Source: Desulfurococcales archaeon (lineage in GTDB: Archaea; Thermoproteota; Thermoprotei_A; Sulfolobales; Acidilobaceae). From it: a stretch of 47,740 nt of DNA. This document shows positions 9,844-19,181 of this stretch, piece by piece (the first letter of the stretch is position 1; each line of letters opens with the position of its first letter). Below the pieces are notes generated by a model. It did not search any database and was not told the DNA's origin. It was given only the letters and a program-made list of their open reading frames with translations. The position numbers and the translations under genes are program-made. Where the stretch lies: assembly GCA_027012045.1 (NCBI GenBank), contig JALUZI010000235.1, positions 1-47,740 of the forward strand. The letters run 5' to 3'.

Positions 9844-10593
9844 TTAGGAAATGAGCCTCGATAAAATCTCCTTTATCTCTTCCTTACTAAGCTTCCTAAA
9901 CTTGCCTGTTTCAACAAGGGCGATGCCGGCATCAAAATTCTCCTCGGTAAGCTCCTTTATGTTCTCGTTTCTCTGCTGCATCGAGTATATCATGGCTTTG
10001 AAGGCCAACTCGATCGTTTCATCCTTCCCTAGTTCATAGTTGTAATGCTTTTCCAAGTACTCATTGGCGCTCTGAGCCCCCATTCCTATGGCTATCGCTT
10101 GGTAGCCGATATACTGGCCTCCCGGTTCTGTTCTAAGTAGCCTGGGAGTCCCGTCTGGATCCACCCCACCGAATATCATTGAGACACCGAAAGGTCTTAC
10201 TCCACCATATTGTGTGTACTGGTGTTTAACATCTGCAACATGCTTAGTCAGGTATTCAACTGTAATGGGGTCTCCGTAGAGAAGCTTATGCCTTATACTT
10301 ACTAGTCTAGCATAATCGATGAGCACCCTTCCATCCGACCCGAACCCAGCAAATGTGACGCCGATGTGGTCGTCTACGGAGAACACTTTTTCTATGCTGT
10401 CAAGCTCCATAAGCTTAGTAACATACTTCTTCTCTGACAATAGTACAACCGTACCTTTAGTCTTTACTCCGAGGCTGGTCCATCCCTTTCTAACAGCCTC
10501 GAACGCGTATTCAACCTGGTACAGCTTACCCTCCGGTGAGAATATTGTTATTGCCCTATCATAACCCATGGCTTGACCGGGTAGACCTGCCAT
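9844..10593 (-). CDS. psmA: Proteasome alpha subunit
   Basis: YDRAITIFSPEG.LYQVEYA signature; GGVRPFGVS. Confidence 0.99.
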   Translation of the reverse strand: MAGLPGQAMGYDRAITIFSPEGKLYQVEYAFEAVRKGWTSLGVKTKGTVVLLSEKKYVTKLMELDSIEKVFSVDDHIGVTFAGFGSDGRVLIDYARLVSIRHKLLYGDPITVEYLTKHVADVKHQYTQYGGVRPFGVSMIFGGVDPDGTPRLLRTEPGGQYIGYQAIAIGMGAQSANEYLEKHYNYELGKDETIELAFKAMIYSMQQRNENIKELTEENFDAGIALVETGKFRKLSKEEIKEILSRLIS

Positions 10594-10666
10594 CTTTACC
10601 GCCTCACTAACCCCATGATTAGGCTTAGAAATAATGTTTTATTAAACGTATTGTTCTAACTATGAT

Positions 10667-10726
10667 GGGCCAATGAGGAATAGTCCGACTAATGAACGAT
10701 GATTACTCTTCTCTCAGCTGAGGCCC
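10667..10726 (+). ncRNA. Box C/D 2'-O-methylation guide sRNA candidate 1
   Basis: GGGCC/GGCCC terminal stem; C box ATGAGGA 10673-79; 12-nt guide; D' ATGA 10692-95; C' ATGATTA 10699-705; 12-nt guide; D CTGA 10718-21; AT-rich TATA-like tract at about 10637-46. Confidence 0.8.
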
Positions 10727-10795
10727 TAGCATACTTAATCACCATAAGCTAGGGTTGCGGTTAAATTTAATACAACTACCTAATTATGGTTTATC

Positions 10796-10857
10796 GGATG
10801 AAGACGTCGCTCCAGAGAGAGCGCTGCGATGACCGACTCACGACGAGCTGACGCATC
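10796..10857 (+). ncRNA. Box C/D guide sRNA candidate 2
   Basis: C box ATGAAGA 10798-804; degenerate D' (CAGA or GAGA, 10813-20); C' GCGATGA or ATGACCG (10826-35); D CTGA 10848-51; GC-rich patch preceded by TTAAATTTAATA at 10761-72. Confidence 0.62.
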
Positions 10858-11319
10858 ATGGATAAATGCGCTATGCTGTGTTACATGGAGGCAATAGCGG
10901 TTGCGGCGCTCTTTGCCCTTCTTTATTATATTATAAGGAGAATTCCCACATTAAACCTCGACGGGTGCACTGCCGAGTCGTTTAGCGTTATTAAGAAGCT
11001 TGCAAGTAAGCCTAGGAGAAGATACATTGTTTTGGAGGCTGTTGGTTTCAAAGATGAATTGAAATCACGTAGAAGCGCCGTTAAATGGTTGGAGACCAGT
11101 TTAAAGGGTATTATCGGTGAAATAGGACTCGTCAACCTAGGCTTAACCATAATTGACTATAACCCGAAGAATCAGAGGTTTATCATAAGGGTCTACCACA
11201 CAAGGGTTAATAGTTTCATGGGAGCGGTGGGCATCCATAATAACAGGAGTGATGTTAAACTTTCGGTTCTCAGTGTTACAGGTAGCATAAGGAAGGCGAG
11301 GAATTACCTTAGATCTTAA
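10858..11319 (+). CDS. rnp2: RNase P protein component 2 (Pop5/Rpp14) with a hydrophobic N-terminal extension
   Basis: RRRYIV, G..G, FIIRV and VTGSIRKA motifs. Start uncertain (10858, 10873 or 10885). Confidence 0.88.
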   Translation: MDKCAMLCYMEAIAVAALFALLYYIIRRIPTLNLDGCTAESFSVIKKLASKPRRRYIVLEAVGFKDELKSRRSAVKWLETSLKGIIGEIGLVNLGLTIIDYNPKNQRFIIRVYHTRVNSFMGAVGIHNNRSDVKLSVLSVTGSIRKARNYLRS

Positions 11320-11331
11320 GTTGACGGTGGT

Positions 11332-12558
11332 TTAAAGAGTTGAGACTATCTTGATCACATCATCATCTTCCAACACGTAGTTCTCACCTATCCTCTGCTT
11401 TGTCTTTGCATTTACAGCATATAGGAATCCCCTACCTAGATCAGTATGTATCATGTAGGCCAGTTCCCTAGCTGTAGTCCCCTTGGGTACTAGGTATGCG
11501 TCCGGAAGAATTCTTCCATCTTTGTCTGTGTAATGTGTAGCATCTTCAACAGGATAAACAGTTATCATGTTCAAGACTTTGAACACTGCTGTGTTTAAGG
11601 CTTCTTGAACTCCTGTTGAACCCCATTTTCCGAGCACATTCTTCTTTATAGATTCGAGGGCTTCCCGTTGTTTCGTGTTTAAGTCTCCTATCACCGTGAA
11701 GGTCGAGTCGCCTGGAATGTATCTTATCAATCCTTTCTTAGCGGCGTGCCTCAAAGCTAGCTCTGCTACACTACTGGTTGGTATAACAGGTATCTCTGGG
11801 AACTTTTCTTTTAGACGCTTAATATTCTCCTCCGCGGAGGGACGGTCTGATTTATTAGCAACTATAACAATGGGCTTGGACTTTCTCCTGAGAACCTTTA
11901 CGAATTCAAGTAAATCTTCGTCACTCCAAGTTGTGAGCTTAGAGGGTGTTTTACCTATCTCCTCGAATGCCTGAATTACATGTTCCTTTTTTATGCTGAA
12001 CCCAGAGAATCTCTGCGCAATAATAGAATACTTGTCCGTATACGAGCCTGTGTCTAGAGTACGTGCGAACCTGCTCCAGTCTTTCTTTACATTATTAAAT
12101 ATCCACATGTCTATTTCATTGAGTATGAGTTCCACTTCCTTTATCGGGTCGAAACTACCTGGTTTAACCGGGACGCCGTCCTCCGATGTGGACCCACTTG
12201 CATCTACCACTAAGAGGATCGCGTCAGCCTGTCTTATATCGTCGAGAAACTTGTTGCCGAGTCCTCTTCCCAGATGAGCACCTGGTACTAGTCCTGCTAT
12301 GTCCATCAGTTTAACTGGAATAAACCTATTCCCCTCTATACAGATTGAGTTTCTCGGGGTGCATTTGGGTAAGCCTAATTTGGTGTGGACGCATTTTTTC
12401 CTTACATAACTAATTCCTATGTTTGGTTCAATAGTAGTGAAGGGCCTGTTCTCCATTTCGACAGACGTTTCTGTGGCCGCGGAGAAGAACGTTGATTTGC
12501 CCACGTTCGTCTTTCCGACAACGCCGAGAAGTATCTCCCTAGGAGGCATAGCCACCAC
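11332..12558 (-). CDS. ychF: Archaeal YchF/OLA1-family (Obg-like) NTPase with TGS domain
   Basis: GKTNVGKST, PFTTIEPN, DIAGLV.GA..GRGLGNKFL, NKSD, C-terminal TGS domain. Confidence 0.94.
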   Translation of the reverse strand: MVAMPPREILLGVVGKTNVGKSTFFSAATETSVEMENRPFTTIEPNIGISYVRKKCVHTKLGLPKCTPRNSICIEGNRFIPVKLMDIAGLVPGAHLGRGLGNKFLDDIRQADAILLVVDASGSTSEDGVPVKPGSFDPIKEVELILNEIDMWIFNNVKKDWSRFARTLDTGSYTDKYSIIAQRFSGFSIKKEHVIQAFEEIGKTPSKLTTWSDEDLLEFVKVLRRKSKPIVIVANKSDRPSAEENIKRLKEKFPEIPVIPTSSVAELALRHAAKKGLIRYIPGDSTFTVIGDLNTKQREALESIKKNVLGKWGSTGVQEALNTAVFKVLNMITVYPVEDATHYTDKDGRILPDAYLVPKGTTARELAYMIHTDLGRGFLYAVNAKTKQRIGENYVLEDDDVIKIVSTL

Positions 12559-12704
12559 AACCCTTTTTTCTTGACAGGTTGAAAGCCGGCTTTAATTAGT
12601 TTGCACTGTGAATATGGGTGGCTTACCACTATCTTTGAGAGAAAACTATTATATCCTCAAGTTAGTATTACATTCTGATTCAGCGTGGATATGGTGGGAG
12701 AGTA

Positions 12705-13382
12705 ATGGCGAAGTCGATGTACCACTATATAGCAGCGACCTGGAAGAAACCGTATGACGGCGTCCATGGTGCATATATGAAGCAACTACTTATCAAGTGG
12801 AGAAGGCAGCCTAGTATAGTCAGAGTTGAGAAGCCTCTAAGAATTGATAGGGCCAGACAGCTTGGTTACAAAGCTAAACAGGGAGTGATTGTCGTTAGGG
12901 TAAGGGTCAGAAAGGGAGGTCTGAGAAAGCAGAGGCCTAACAAGGGTAGGAGACCGAAAAGAATGGGTGTCTACGGTTTCGCCCCGGCGAAGAGTATAAG
13001 GCTCATAGCTGAGGAACGCGCACAGAGGAAATATCCTAACATGATAGTGCTGAACAGCTATTATGTCGGAGAGGACGGGAGGTACAAGTGGTACGAGGTC
13101 ATCTTAGTAGACCCTAATCACCCGTCTATAAAGAGGGACCCCGAACTTAAATGGGTAGCTACAGGAAAACACAAAGGGAGACCGTTCAGGGGATTGACTA
13201 GCGCTGGCAAAAAGATGAGGGGACTCCGTAAGAGCAGAGGCCTCAAGAATACAACTAAACAGAAATGGAAGAAGAAAGCCAAGGAGAGGAAACTTAAGAA
13301 GAGGCATGAAGCCAGCAGAGGAGCCAGGCTCATAGTCCCAGACGAGATAAGATACAAGATACACAAAGGAGACTTACAATAG
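12705..13382 (+). CDS. rpl15e: 50S ribosomal protein L15e
   Basis: [41 protein letters not shown]. Confidence 0.99.
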   Translation: MAKSMYHYIAATWKKPYDGVHGAYMKQLLIKWRRQPSIVRVEKPLRIDRARQLGYKAKQGVIVVRVRVRKGGLRKQRPNKGRRPKRMGVYGFAPAKSIRLIAEERAQRKYPNMIVLNSYYVGEDGRYKWYEVILVDPNHPSIKRDPELKWVATGKHKGRPFRGLTSAGKKMRGLRKSRGLKNTTKQKWKKKAKERKLKKRHEASRGARLIVPDEIRYKIHKGDLQ

Positions 13383-13488
13383 TCTCCTTGCCCCCACTTT
13401 ACACTATAAAACCTACTAAACCAGGTTTTTGCATAATAGAATAGATAAAAAGCTAACCTGTTAGACCTATATCTCCTGTGAGACCGCG

Positions 13489-13962
13489 ATGACCAAAGCC
13501 AAGAATAAGCGTTTTCTCAGGGAAGTCATTATTTCTACAATAATGCATTCTACAGAGGACGAAGATAAAGTTAGAAAAGCTATGCTTCACGTGGTTCCTG
13601 AGAGTTTAAGAGAGAAAGTTATAGATAAAATCTCCATTGCCGCATCACGAGGCTTCCATGGGAACGAGATAAGGTTCCTTCAACTCTTAATAAGGGGGAA
13701 AGAAGCAGAGGAAGTGTTTGCACGAATACTATGCAACCTGGACGATACTAACAGGGCTATACTGTCTGACACACTGGATGAAAGAATTGATGGTTCAGGC
13801 AACCTGTACCTTAGGCTGGGTAAGCAAGAAGCATATCTTGGAAAACTGGTATTATTAGATGGCGATGATTCCCTCAGAATAGTGTTCAAGCCTAAATACA
13901 ATGAAAAAGGATTCTGGCCACGCTATATAAAGTCGATATTTGAGGAGAGATGCAGGAGTTGA
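13489..13962 (+). CDS. DUF54-family predicted RNA-binding protein
   Basis: HSTEDEDKV, G.HGNEI, LYLRL.KQ.AY.G; canonical position between rpl15e and rpp30. Confidence 0.88.
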   Translation: MTKAKNKRFLREVIISTIMHSTEDEDKVRKAMLHVVPESLREKVIDKISIAASRGFHGNEIRFLQLLIRGKEAEEVFARILCNLDDTNRAILSDTLDERIDGSGNLYLRLGKQEAYLGKLVLLDGDDSLRIVFKPKYNEKGFWPRYIKSIFEERCRS

Positions 13963-14579
13963 TTACCTATATAGACTTATCTATAAGACCAGAGAACTGT
14001 GACGTATTAAAGGCTATTGCAGAAAAAGCGTCTAACTTAGGGTTTAAAGGCATCGGCGTACCTGTCAATGTAGCCGATTGTAACGAAAGGTATCCTATCC
14101 CCCTTATACCGAGGATCGATGTTGAATACAGGAATCTCAGGGGTCTCCGTGAACAAGTAGGAAGTAGAAAAGTGTTAGTAGTTATAGAGGTCTCTGGGCT
14201 AAACGATCTTAGGAAAGCACCCTTGAGCAAAGCAGGCAGTGTTATAAGGATAAAACCAGATCTCGCTAAGTATATAGATAAGTCTCAAGCGAGGCTTTTA
14301 GCTGGGTCGGGGAAAATATTGGAACTCTCCTTGAAAGATTTTACGAAAAACAAGAATAACATGTATAAGTTCGCTATAGCTGTTAGGAGGATGCATGCCT
14401 ATGACATACCATACGCATTAGTATCCGATGCCCAAAATGAATATGAACTATGGCATCCGAGGATGATTATAGGGTTGCTCGAACTAATCGGTATTCCCCA
14501 GCCTTACAACTCAGCCTCCATAACAACATACCCTTTAAGGGTTTCTAAACGATTTATTTTGAAAGTCGAGGAAAGCTAG
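13950..14579 (+). CDS. rnp3: RNase P protein component 3 (Rpp30)
   Basis: PHP-like barrel with SDAQNEYELWHPR motif; gene order. Confidence 0.8.
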   Translation: MQELITYIDLSIRPENCDVLKAIAEKASNLGFKGIGVPVNVADCNERYPIPLIPRIDVEYRNLRGLREQVGSRKVLVVIEVSGLNDLRKAPLSKAGSVIRIKPDLAKYIDKSQARLLAGSGKILELSLKDFTKNKNNMYKFAIAVRRMHAYDIPYALVSDAQNEYELWHPRMIIGLLELIGIPQPYNSASITTYPLRVSKRFILKVEES

Positions 14580-16085
14580 GTATACCTGCCTTAGAGCCTC
14601 GGGTTTATTGAAATCATCACGAATATAGAGATGCCATATCGGCGTGTACTCGGGATCCCAGAACGAAAGATACTGGCTTTCTTTAACACCAGAATTTACA
14701 GCAACCGTTCTCCAAGATGAGAGGAAGCCATCCATTTGCCCCCATAGTGCTAGAGGCTTTGAGAGTTCAGGGCCTCCCCTAGACAGTATTGCCTGTAACC
14801 TAGCATATTTGGGGTCGGTATAAGTAAAGCTCGACACGCTTCTACCTACACCTTTCCTTATGGCCTCAATGTTGTTTTTGATCTTCCTTAGATCGCTAAA
14901 CCCGTGCCACTGGAGAGGTGTAAACGGCTTTGGTATGAACGGGTTAAGTGAGACTTTTAGTTTGCCCCCGACTCTCTTAATTTTACCTGCTACATTTCTG
15001 AGAAGCTTAACGGTGTCTTCGACATCTCTCTTGGTCTCTCCGTAGAACCCTGTCATTAAATAGAACTTGAATTGTTTGAGCCCTACGTCTATAGCAGTAT
15101 CAACTACCTCTTCAACCTGGCTTGAATATATCTCTTTTCTCAGGGACTTTGCAAGCCTAGAACTTCCTGTTTCCGGGGCAAGCGTCAGTGTTTTCTGGCC
15201 TATTGACCTAATCATACTTAACCTACTCTCGTTGAGAGTGTCTACCCTCAAACTGGGAACCGAAGCCTTTAGGCCTTTTCTAATTATGTTTTTCAGGATG
15301 GAATCAGATTCCGGGTGATCGAAGAACGAAAGGCTATACAGTGTTATCTTATCATATACACCGCCACTGAATCCTTTTGAAATGATTTCGTCTATTGTTC
15401 CGCTTGACCTAACCCGGTAGGGACGGAATATTCTTCCTTCCATACAGAAGAGACATCCTCTTGTACATCCACGGGACACTTCTACGAGCAGTGCCTTCCC
15501 CCATATGGGCTCCACGCTGGTGTTGGAATACCTGAGCTGGTTTGTCGGATAGAATGAACCGTCTAAGTTCTCAGCGAAAATCCTTCTTGTAGGCTTATCT
15601 TTTTCGAGTGTAAACACGCCTTTTATTTCCGAGAGCCGTTGTATTTTCTCTTTTCTAGTGTAATCTGAAACTATTATGTCGAGTGCTTCTTCCATAATAT
15701 TCTCCGCTTCCCCTATGAAAACAGCATCTGCAATACTAGAAACGGGGAGCGGGTTCCCGGTGACTGCTGGTCCTCCGAGTATTATTAGCGGGTCATTCCG
15801 CTCTCTTGCTTTGGAAAAGTAGGGTATGCCTGCCTTATAGAGGAATGAAACAAGGTCCTTGTACATTAATTCGTAAGGTACGCTTATGAACAGGGCGTCA
15901 TACCTTTTAGTTTCGAATGTTTTGCTGTCCCAGTTTCTCAAGCCGTCTCTTTCTATCGTTATTCTGTGCACATTGCGTCCGTAATGCTCTATCATTTCCC
16001 TCAATAAATGGAATGCCAGGCTTGAGAGAGCCACGCGAAGCTCGGATAAGTATACCAGTCCTATTGTGCCAGCCAATAGTATCAA
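14535..16085 (-). CDS. Radical SAM protein with N-terminal B12-binding-like domain
   Basis: EVSRGCTRGCLFC (CxxxCxxC), GGPAVTGNP, PSLRVD, TLAPETGS, FIPKPFTP. Confidence 0.88.
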   Translation of the reverse strand: MILLAGTIGLVYLSELRVALSSLAFHLLREMIEHYGRNVHRITIERDGLRNWDSKTFETKRYDALFISVPYELMYKDLVSFLYKAGIPYFSKARERNDPLIILGGPAVTGNPLPVSSIADAVFIGEAENIMEEALDIIVSDYTRKEKIQRLSEIKGVFTLEKDKPTRRIFAENLDGSFYPTNQLRYSNTSVEPIWGKALLVEVSRGCTRGCLFCMEGRIFRPYRVRSSGTIDEIISKGFSGGVYDKITLYSLSFFDHPESDSILKNIIRKGLKASVPSLRVDTLNESRLSMIRSIGQKTLTLAPETGSSRLAKSLRKEIYSSQVEEVVDTAIDVGLKQFKFYLMTGFYGETKRDVEDTVKLLRNVAGKIKRVGGKLKVSLNPFIPKPFTPLQWHGFSDLRKIKNNIEAIRKGVGRSVSSFTYTDPKYARLQAILSRGGPELSKPLALWGQMDGFLSSWRTVAVNSGVKESQYLSFWDPEYTPIWHLYIRDDFNKPEALRQVYLAFLDFQNKSFRNP

Positions 16086-17353
16086 CCATCACATTTAACT
16101 ATGGAGTTATCGGGTACGTCCCTAGCAACCCTGCAACCTGGATATATTATACTGTAGGACCCTATCTTTACTCCAGGATATATCAATACTCCTATTCCTG
16201 TCTTAGCATAGCCTCCTATGACCGCGCCCATTTTACGTCTTCCGGTTGAAACTCTTTTACCTTTGACCGTCATCTTGACAGGTTTATCGTCAAACCTTAG
16301 ATTTGCTGTCTGTGTTGAAGCACCTAAATTAACGTGCTCTCCTATTATCGAGTCTCCAACATAGCTTTGGTGGGGGACTTTCGCGTGCTCCAACAGTATC
16401 GAATTCTTTATTTCTGTATGGGCTCCCGCTACAGAGCCTTCGTGGAGTGTAGTGTAATCCCGTATGAATGCATATGGTTTCAACCGGGCCGTATCGCCTA
16501 CTATGGCTGGCCCATAAACTGTAGAGTTCTTCTCTATAACCGCTTTTTTGTGTATTATAAAGGGTTTACCATTATCGGATTCCCTTACCTGGAATTCCCT
16601 TGTTTCCTCGCAATTATTTTGTATACACTCTACTATTGCCCGGTTATTCGCTTCGAGTAGATCCCAAGGTCTTCCAATATCCATCCATTCATTAGCCTTT
16701 AGGACTAATGGTTTCAAACCTCTTTCCATCCCTACCCTGGTTACTAGGTCTGTTAATTCATACTCTCCCCTAGGGGATAAGCTTAGTTTCTCCAATATAT
16801 TGACGTCGGCAGCCGATATTCTAAGCAAACCAGAAAAAACCAGGTTACTAGGTTCTTCTCCTTTAGGGGGTTTCTCGATGATGTTCCTAACAAGATTATT
16901 TTCTATTTCGACTACCCCGTACTCCCACGGGCTTTCTACCGGAGATAACAGTATTTCATAGTCTCCCTCTAGGAACTGATGGTACCTCTCTATTGGGAGA
17001 TACGTGTCGCTGTAAGCCACGATAATACTATGCGGGTTGATCTTATCCAGAATATTGCGCGCCCCTACGAGAACAGCGTGGCCCGTACCAAGTTCTTGTC
17101 CCTGATCTACAACTTCTAGAGCGGCTTCTAGCTTGTACTTCTCAGCGCATTCGCGCACAACTCTAATTATTACATCTTTCATATAACTTGCTACAACCGT
17201 GATTAAACTGGCTTTCTTCGAGAGTGCTTTCAAGTGCCTACATATTATAGGTTCCGGCCCTATTGGAATAGACGGTTTGGGCCTCGTTGAGGTTATAGGA
17301 CGAAGTCTCTCGCCTTTCCCGGCTGCGAGCAGGATTGCTGCCTCGTCACTCAA
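16082..17353 (-). CDS. Bifunctional sugar-1-phosphate nucleotidylyltransferase/acetyltransferase (GlmU/ST0452-like)
   Basis: LAAGKGERLRP.T..RPKP, EKP, SPRGEYELTD, C-terminal hexapeptide repeats, ANLRFD. Confidence 0.92.
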   Translation of the reverse strand: MSDEAAILLAAGKGERLRPITSTRPKPSIPIGPEPIICRHLKALSKKASLITVVASYMKDVIIRVVRECAEKYKLEAALEVVDQGQELGTGHAVLVGARNILDKINPHSIIVAYSDTYLPIERYHQFLEGDYEILLSPVESPWEYGVVEIENNLVRNIIEKPPKGEEPSNLVFSGLLRISAADVNILEKLSLSPRGEYELTDLVTRVGMERGLKPLVLKANEWMDIGRPWDLLEANNRAIVECIQNNCEETREFQVRESDNGKPFIIHKKAVIEKNSTVYGPAIVGDTARLKPYAFIRDYTTLHEGSVAGAHTEIKNSILLEHAKVPHQSYVGDSIIGEHVNLGASTQTANLRFDDKPVKMTVKGKRVSTGRRKMGAVIGGYAKTGIGVLIYPGVKIGSYSIIYPGCRVARDVPDNSIVKCDG

Positions 17354-18407
17354 TGTCTTCTACCCAATCGTATAGGGTTGTGATTATAGCTATTAAACCG
17401 GATACCACTGCGAACTCGGTGGATAACGTTATGCCCGGTGCTATATCGATTATTTTATCCGCCGCCCTGTATACCCCTATTGGAATTCCTTCACGAGAGC
17501 CGGCTAGTATATTGACTCTCTTGTTATGTGTAAATGTTTCAACTAGAAATTCTCTTTCTTGCGTGACAAAGTTGCCTTCTGGTTCTAAAACGATTATTGG
17601 TTCATTCCTCCGCGACCTGACAATTTGGTACAGGTCTTGTAGTCTAACCAGTGTTTTCTGGGGTTTTCTAGAGTACGATTTCTTCTGTATTCGGTACCTG
17701 CTCTCTATTCCTTCGTTTACTCCTTCAATAAACTTCGCTAGAGGCAAGCCTTCAGTTAGACCTATGGGAGCTATTACTATTTCCTTGACTTCGAAATTTT
17801 GTACTTCTCTTCCAACTCTTACTCCCATCTTATATGACACGTCCGGCTCAGCTATGTAAGGCATTTGTATGACGCTTATCTTTCTCGTGTAGTTGTGCAT
17901 CATTTTCTTATCTCGGTATTTCCTCAGAACCTGGGATCCAGGGAATATCGTTATATACGCATTGTCATCGATTATTTCGATGCCTATAACTATGTCTGGA
18001 TCGGTAAGGTTGACGCATGCCCCTGTTGCTTTTTGAACGTGTGACCCTACGATTCTATTCACGTCTATGCTAGTGAAAGAGTGCTTTCCTCGTCTAACTG
18101 TTTTAACAGCGAAGCATTTTCCCCGGAGAAGCTGGTCCGGTAGGACTTCTAGGACTGCTTTACTAATACTATCAAGATCGGCTTTTGCCTGGTTGTTTAC
18201 CACGAGGATTTTCTCTGCCTCGACTATGTTTTTCGATATAGTCTGGGCCTCCGAGCTTGGGTCCCGGCATCCGTTTACTAAGACTAGTCCCTGGTAGCCT
18301 TTAGGTGAGGGTTGTGGCTGTAGGTATGGTATAGCGTCTTTGATTCTGGATGCTACAATTTTCTCCATGCCCAGCGGGGTTTTGATTATTAGGCAGGTTT
18401 CCCCCAA
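17346..18407 (-). CDS. THUMP-SPOUT RNA methyltransferase (TrmTS-like)
   Basis: N-terminal THUMP (F.V...RRG.H.FTS.D, VNL..PD) plus a C-terminal SPOUT knot (GSREGIP...D...DIAP..TLSTE). Confidence 0.82.
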   Translation of the reverse strand: MGETCLIIKTPLGMEKIVASRIKDAIPYLQPQPSPKGYQGLVLVNGCRDPSSEAQTISKNIVEAEKILVVNNQAKADLDSISKAVLEVLPDQLLRGKCFAVKTVRRGKHSFTSIDVNRIVGSHVQKATGACVNLTDPDIVIGIEIIDDNAYITIFPGSQVLRKYRDKKMMHNYTRKISVIQMPYIAEPDVSYKMGVRVGREVQNFEVKEIVIAPIGLTEGLPLAKFIEGVNEGIESRYRIQKKSYSRKPQKTLVRLQDLYQIVRSRRNEPIIVLEPEGNFVTQEREFLVETFTHNKRVNILAGSREGIPIGVYRAADKIIDIAPGITLSTEFAVVSGLIAIITTLYDWVEDIE

Positions 18408-18469
18408 TTCGTATTCACTTCAAACTAGAGTACAATAGAAGGTTGCTATAGAGGTTTGTAGAAAAGATC

Positions 18470-19120
18470 TTAGCTCCTCTGCTGGAGAGGAGATACTATT
18501 ACAGCCTTCTTTATGCCTTCATCCGTCTTTATGTAGAGTAATTTTGACTTGTATACTTCTACTTTTCTTATGGAGTAAATCTTCCTTGCTTCAGACTCTA
18601 TTTCCCTTACTAGACTGTTCTCGTTTTCAGAGAATATCATGGCTTGTATGAGTTCATCCAGTGTTGACTCGCTAGCCCGTTTCTCAACTATTTCTTTCAT
18701 TATCTTTCTAATTGCTTTCTTCTGGCTTGTCTTACACCTGAATGATGTGAATGTTATAACTGTTATCCTGAGACCGTAACCGTCCTTTGTCCAGACGTCG
18801 AATATGCCCTGTATTTTACTGCTCTTCCTTCTTGTGAGGCTTTTAATGTAATCCCTGAGTAGCTCGTGTCCTTTAAACCTGGTGTAAGCAGTGTCCCCTT
18901 CAACTCTCTCTATCTGAAAGTATAGTTTTATATGGACATGAGTGAATTCTCCGGTTAGATCGTAAAGCGTTACTTCAAGTACTCTGCCTATGAGTTTGTC
19001 CGGGTCGTCTGCAGGTGTCGTTCCAAGCAACGCGTTACCGAATAGGGGGGGAGCTACTACTTTATACCACTTCTTCATCTTCCATTTGTCTCTAACAGCT
19101 GTTCTACGGGGTCTAGGCAT
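18470..19120 (-). CDS. rps3ae: 30S ribosomal protein S3Ae (eS1)
   Basis: DKWK.KKWY..AP..FG, GRV.EVTL.DLTG, F.GHEL.RDY. Confidence 0.98.
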   Translation of the reverse strand: MPRPRRTAVRDKWKMKKWYKVVAPPLFGNALLGTTPADDPDKLIGRVLEVTLYDLTGEFTHVHIKLYFQIERVEGDTAYTRFKGHELLRDYIKSLTRRKSSKIQGIFDVWTKDGYGLRITVITFTSFRCKTSQKKAIRKIMKEIVEKRASESTLDELIQAMIFSENENSLVREIESEARKIYSIRKVEVYKSKLLYIKTDEGIKKAVIVSPLQQRS

Positions 19121-19181
19121 TTCCCTACACCATCCACTCGAATCCTATAATAGCCACTGGTTACTTCTTAGTTTTTAAGTA

